A stretch of DNA of 64,000 nucleotides from Guillardia theta CCMP2712. Lineage: Eukaryota > Protista > Cryptophyta. The translations under genes and the position numbers were made by a program. The notes under the pieces were generated by a model, which searched no databases, was not told the DNA's origin, and saw nothing but the letters and a program-made list of their open reading frames with translations. Shown here piece after piece: positions 58,870 through 64,000 of this stretch (positions are counted from its first letter, which is position 1; each line of letters begins with the position of its first letter). Location of the stretch: the NCBI RefSeq assembly GCF_000315625.1, contig NW_005434672.1, forward strand, positions 426,006 through 490,005. Reading direction: 5' to 3'.

Positions 58870-60551
58870 ATGGCAGCGATGGGAATCCAAAGACTGTTCC
58901 CCTCTCCAGCAGGTTCTAGAATACCATGTCTTCCTGCCTTGTGTGCTGAAGACTGAATCCCTCGCCTCGTTCAGGCTTGCAGACGCGTCAAGTTTTCTGA
59001 TCATCGGGGAGGAAACGAATCAGATGAACGAGACCTTCTCGGAGGCGCTTCATGGCAGGCAGTCGAAGAAGGAGCCCAACATCCAGAAGGAGGTGGAGAA
59101 GCTGGCGCAAAGCGTAGGGTTCAGAGCAAGGCAGCCCCTCCAGCTCCCTCCGAGGCAACTGCCCCAAGTCCATGTTCCCAGCAGCGTAGCAGACGTCAGG
59201 AACCCTTACCTGACAAACTACAAGTCGAGCAGGGGAGAGAGGAGCCGGACGGCTCTCGAGCAACTCCATCATGCTCTTCCCACAGCGCCAGTCAATGTCG
59301 GGGCGCTCCTCGAAAAGGAGGCTTACACCCTCGCACAAGAGCTGGCGGTGGCGTCCCGAGGGTCCCCGCCCGCCATGGCCGAGGGATCATGGGCGCACGC
59401 GCTGGAGTCAACGCTGGAGGAGGAGCTCTTCCTGCAGACGCAGAAAGGTCACGTGCAGGCGGCGGAGAGGGGAGGGGGTGGAGAGCAGCAGCAGGAAAGA
59501 GTCAACATGAGCTCTTGGACGAGGACCCTCCCGATCGCTGCGACTTTTGACGAGGACATGTACCTCAAGTTTCGAGGTCAGCGGAGCAACAGCGCGGTAG
59601 CTTGCCCTCCTGCTCCGCCTCTCTGTTGAGGAATGGTTGCTCCACAGGCTGATCGAACTCTGACGTTCTCCGATCTGAAACCGCACTATGCGAGGAAGTC
59701 AGGCACAGAAATGGTGAGATCTTCCTCCTGTGCGCTTGGTGCTGACGTCATCATAAGGTGCAGATCCTGTCGATCAGGCACAACCGGGACACATCAACAT
59801 CGTCTCCATCACCATCGCAGAACCGGAAGGCTGATCGTGTTGACGACAACCTCCCTTCTATGAAGTTGTTCATTACGGAGCCCTCCGAGCTTCGATCGAG
59901 GTTGTTCTGCATGCCTTGACAGGAGCACTTGCTTGACTATAACTCAGCGCACCACAAAGCGACCAGGAAAACCCACCGGGGCAGAACGGGGGGGGAGGAG
60001 CGTATTTGAAGAATTGCTTTGGGCCTTCCCGCGACGGCCAAGACAAGGATGTCAAGATCCGCCTGGGCACACATGGCGACACGGAAAGAGAGGGAACGGG
60101 GACAACAGACAAGATGTCGCTGAATACTCTTGTAGGCGAAGATGATGAAGCGGTGGGAGGGGAAAGTAGAGCGAGGCATGGAGAGGAAGAGGAGAGGAGA
60201 GAAACATTGGTACAGGAAGAGCGAAGCAGTGATGTGCTGGGCTCGAACATTGAATCGAGCGGCGGGGGAGAGGAGGAAGGTGCGAAGGGAGAGGCCGTGA
60301 GAGTTGTCGAGAATGGAAGAGAGTCGGAGAAATCCGAACCGAAGTTCATCGCCATCGTCAACCAGCCCGACCTCTCGTTCTTCCAGGACACGTCGGAGAA
60401 AGGCAATCTAGACCCCTCGTCGTGACCTGCTCATCCCACCTGCTAATCTTTTCTTGCAGATTCTGAGGGGGGCGAGGGAGTGCAGGAGGCGGAACAAGAC
60501 CTTTCGTCTCAGGACCCAGAAGCCACTGACTTCCCAGACTTCTCCTTCTGA
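58870..60551 (+). CDS. Hypothetical protein (multi-exon)
   Basis: Long coding-like exons 58970-59577 and ~59950-60390 with plausible splice sites. No recognised domain. Confidence 0.55.
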
Positions 60552-60616
60552 TGGGAGCTGAGGCTCGTGGGTGTATAAACTAAGTGATTAACCGCCTCTC
60601 TCCAGCCTCTCCCACT

Positions 60617-62013
60617 TCACGAGCGATGGAAATGCACGCAGACCCACTTCCCTTGCTTCATCTCAAACACTCTGCCGCCGCAGCCGTCAAGGCCTTGCAA
60701 GGCAGGGAGGAAGCGCAGGTACCTGGATTCGTGGGACTTCACCGTCACTGGGCTCCCGTCCTCCAGCTTCTGGATCAGCCTGACACGGGCTGTGTCACAG
60801 ACGCCCCATCCTCTGAGCCACACCTGTTGTAGCAAGCCACAGCTGAGTTTCCTTCCCCGAGGATGCGCACGTTGAGGTCAGCTAGAGTGACGTTGTTCTT
60901 GATGCCTGAGGACGGACCTGATGGGCACAAGTGAGGAGAGAGAAGGGAAGGATGAGGAGGTGGAGGAGGAGGTGAGAAACGGGAGGTTCGATCAAGGTCA
61001 CCAGTACAGGAGGAGAGGAGGAGTGAAGCGGAGGATGGGAAGCAGGGAGGAGAGGAGAGCAAAAAGTTGGACAGGTAAAGAGAACAGGAGGGAAGTAGGA
61101 GAGGAGGAGAGGAGGAGAGGGACTGCGATGACCTGACGGCAAGTCGAAGTAGTACTTGTGGAACGCAAGTCCCTTGGCTACGTTGCCAACGCTCTCAGGC
61201 TCGAAGCAAGTGATGTCCTTGTCGCAGAGCTTCTCATACTTCTCCCTGCACAGGGGTGAGGAGAGGAGGAGGAGGAGGAGGAGCAGAGGAGGAGGAGCAG
61301 AGGAGGAGGAGCAGAGAAGGAGCAGAGGAGGAGCAGAGGAGGAGCAGAGGAGGAGGAGGAGGAGGAGGAGGAGGAGGAGGAGGAGGAGGAGGAGGAGGAG
61401 GAGGANNNNNNNNNNNNNNNNNNNNNNNNNNNNNNNNNNNNNNNNNNNNNNNNNNNNNNNNNNNNNNNNNNNNNNNNNNNNNNNNNNNNNNNNNNNNNNN
61501 NNNNNGTGGAGGAGGAGGAGGAGGTGGTGGTGGTGGTGGGGGTAAACTGACCAGTCTTTGTTCCCTGCAGACTCAAGAATGTCTTGGAGCGCCTTCACCA
61601 CTCCCTCCTCTGCCCTCCCAAAGGACATCCAGCGTTGACCTGCAGTCGCACACAGTGGCAGTCCTGCCCGCAATGCTGTCCTGGGTCAAAGAACAAGTGA
61701 ACGAGCGTTGGCATAGGATTTCTTCTATCCAGCAGCAATGCCTCCTCTGTCGATGTTCGGCATGCCTCCCCTGCTCCCCATGCCCCTATCTCGTCTTCAC
61801 CTTCGTCTTCACCTTCGTCTTACCTTCGTCTTCGTCTCTTCACTCAACTCTTCCCCCCCCTCCCCTTTCCGCTCCTGCTCCTGCTCCTGCTCCTGCCCCC
61901 ATTCATCTTCCTCAGTACAAGGTTCTGCATTGATCGACTTCATGCCGCTTTTTCTGCATCTTCTCTCCCCGTCGCTCTTCTCACCTTGCGCGCCCAAGGC
62001 TGATTTTGAGCAT
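60617..62013 (-). CDS. Stand-alone CaMKII association (hub)-domain / NTF2-like protein
   Basis: Spliced DW/EKYEKLCDKDITCFEPESVGNVAKGLAFHKYYFD...VRILGEGNSAVACYNR/LIQ...SHE/...VFEMKQGKWVCVHFHRS*. No kinase domain. Start codon tentative. Confidence 0.8.
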
Positions 62014-62446
62014 GGCCTCGTCCTCGGTAGAATTCTTTTTCGGGCCTGCCTCAGATACAATTTGAAGGACATTGATAATACATATACCAAAATATGATGC
62101 ATAAACTTACTGTCTTGCGAGACATTGCCGAATGTGCCCGGGGGCAAATGCGCGCCAAATATTTTCAGGCGCAAAATGAGCGAGAGAGGGGAGGGAGAGG
62201 GGAGGGAGAGGGGAGGGAGAGGGGAGGGAGAGGGGAGCAAGGAGAGGAGAGAGGCGATTGAGTTGCCTGAGAGATAGGATGAACACAGACAGGAAGAGAC
62301 AAGTGAAATTATCGGACCGGAGGCAGCAACGAAAAGCAGCAATGATAATCTGTCGTCGATATCCCACAGTTGAGGTGACTGGGATTTTCCATCGTTGAAA
62401 CGTTGCTGCTGCATCCCCCGTCTCCTTCTCCTCTTCTTTTGCACAG

Positions 62447-64000
62447 ATGACATCTCTAGAGCTCGCGCAGTCCAACTACGAGCAGGCATTCATGCTGCTA
62501 GACGAGGACCAGCGTCGAGCTACGGTTGCGGATATTGAGGGCCCTTGCCTCGTCGTGGCAGGACCTGGATCAGGGAAGACTCGTGTCCTGACACTGCGCA
62601 TAGCGATGATGATCGTCAAGCATAAGATACCGCCTCATTCCATCCTTGCGTTGACGTTCACCAGGAAGGCATGTCAGGAGATGCAGGACAGGGTAGCGAA
62701 ATTGTGCCATGGTCGAGATTGCGGTCTGCTGATACAGACGTTCCATTCTTATTGCCTGGCATGCGTGAAAGAATTCCATGCTGAGCTCGGGTTTCGTTTC
62801 GAGCCCATGGTCCTGGACTCCTCAGCTCAGATCGATCTTGTGAAAGAATGTTTCGGCAAGCTGAATAGCTTCCAAGCTCAGCAGATCAAGACATGGCGAG
62901 CAGACAACCGGATCGATTCAGACTATGGCGATGAAGAGCTCAATCAGGTGGTGAATGCTGGGCCGTCCAACCAGGACAAGGGCACCCACCAGGCAGCGCT
63001 CTACTTTGTTGAATGGATGAGAAGGACAAAGTCGTCAGGAAGCGTACCGAAGCCGCAGTTTGCACTGGAGTCAGAAGTTTTTGGTCACTATGAGAGAGAG
63101 AAGAAAAGAAGAAACTGTGTTGACTTTGATGATCTGATTCCGCTTGCGACCAGGTTGAGCATATCTCATGTTGACATGTTCTGATCGGGTGTTGACAGTC
63201 TGCTGGACGCTGAGCGAACGCGAAAAATCATCCAGGCAAAGTCGAGATACGTATTGATAGACGAATTTCAAGATGTTTCTCACAATCAGATTCAACTTGT
63301 CAAAGTTTTGATGCAAGGGAAGCCATCGAGCATCACTGCCTTCGGAGATCCGAACCAGTCGATTTACAACTTTCTCCATGGTAAGGTGCAGGATAACTTT
63401 GGAATCTTTCTGAAAACGTGGCCATCAACCAAAGTCACGAGACTTGAGAGAAATTTTCGCTCATCTAGATATATAGTTGAAGCCAGCGCTTCCTTGATTT
63501 CCAAAAATCCTACGCAAGGCACTGAATATGGCATTAAGCCTTTCACCACCAACGATATTGGCGACAGAATTGTGATCACGAGCCATACAACTGAAGAAAA
63601 GGAAATCACCTGGGTGACCAATGAAATAGAATACTGGAGACGTGCCGGAGTTCCACTTTCACAGATGGCAATCTTGTACCGGTATGCTGTGTTTTTGTGT
63701 AGTAATGCTTTATCTGATGTTACACAGTTTGAGATCGATCGGCAAGTTATTCGAGAATGCACTCAAGAAGAGGAATATTCCGGTGGTCAATGTCTCACCT
63801 GACGATGAGAATGTCTATCGAAAGGCGCTGTCGATGGACCTGCTTGCGTACCTCAAAGCTGCTCTCTTTGAAAATGACGATGCGATGCGAAGGATTATCA
63901 ACAAGCCAAAACGAGGCCTCGGTGAATCAGCTGTCGGCAAGATCATCGCAACTGCACAGAGACATAAATGTAAGTTTTTGCAGGCGTGTAGAATTCTCTG
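62447..64000 (+). CDS. UvrD/PcrA/Srs2-family SF1A DNA helicase (multi-exon; runs off window; true start may be upstream)
   Basis: LDEDQ, VVAGPGSGKTRVLT, ILALTFTRKA, TFHS, DFDDLI, IDEFQD, GDPNQSIY, LERNFRS, AILYR, RIINKPKRGLG. Confidence 0.93.

Overview
Intron-rich eukaryotic nuclear DNA, most likely a cryptophyte alga (Hanusia/Guillardia-like). This assignment is an inference from bipartite signal+Phe plastid leaders, a signal-peptide-bearing RFC1, short introns including GC-AG, and purine/pyrimidine microsatellite introns. The window holds about 15 protein genes: RNF126-like RING E3, MORN protein, a possible GCR1_C-like domain, CENP-B-HTH/PB1 fusion, DnaJ fusion, RFC1, plastid FabF, plastid DMT transporter, TKL kinase, candidate ejectisome protein, PDZ protein, mitochondrial EF-G2, an unknown gene, a stand-alone CaMKII hub protein and a UvrD helicase. 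It also holds a 5'-truncated copia RT-RNaseH, a rearranged chromovirus and four N gaps. The standout is an apparently intronless minus-strand gene (18333->~12915). It encodes an R-S-E type mono-ADP-ribosyltransferase, a hydrophobic hairpin and ~33 near-identical 43-aa (129-bp) armadillo repeats that vary almost only on one face of helix 3. It is a candidate modular, shuffled-specificity receptor/effector. Exon boundaries were inferred by eye and are approximate.
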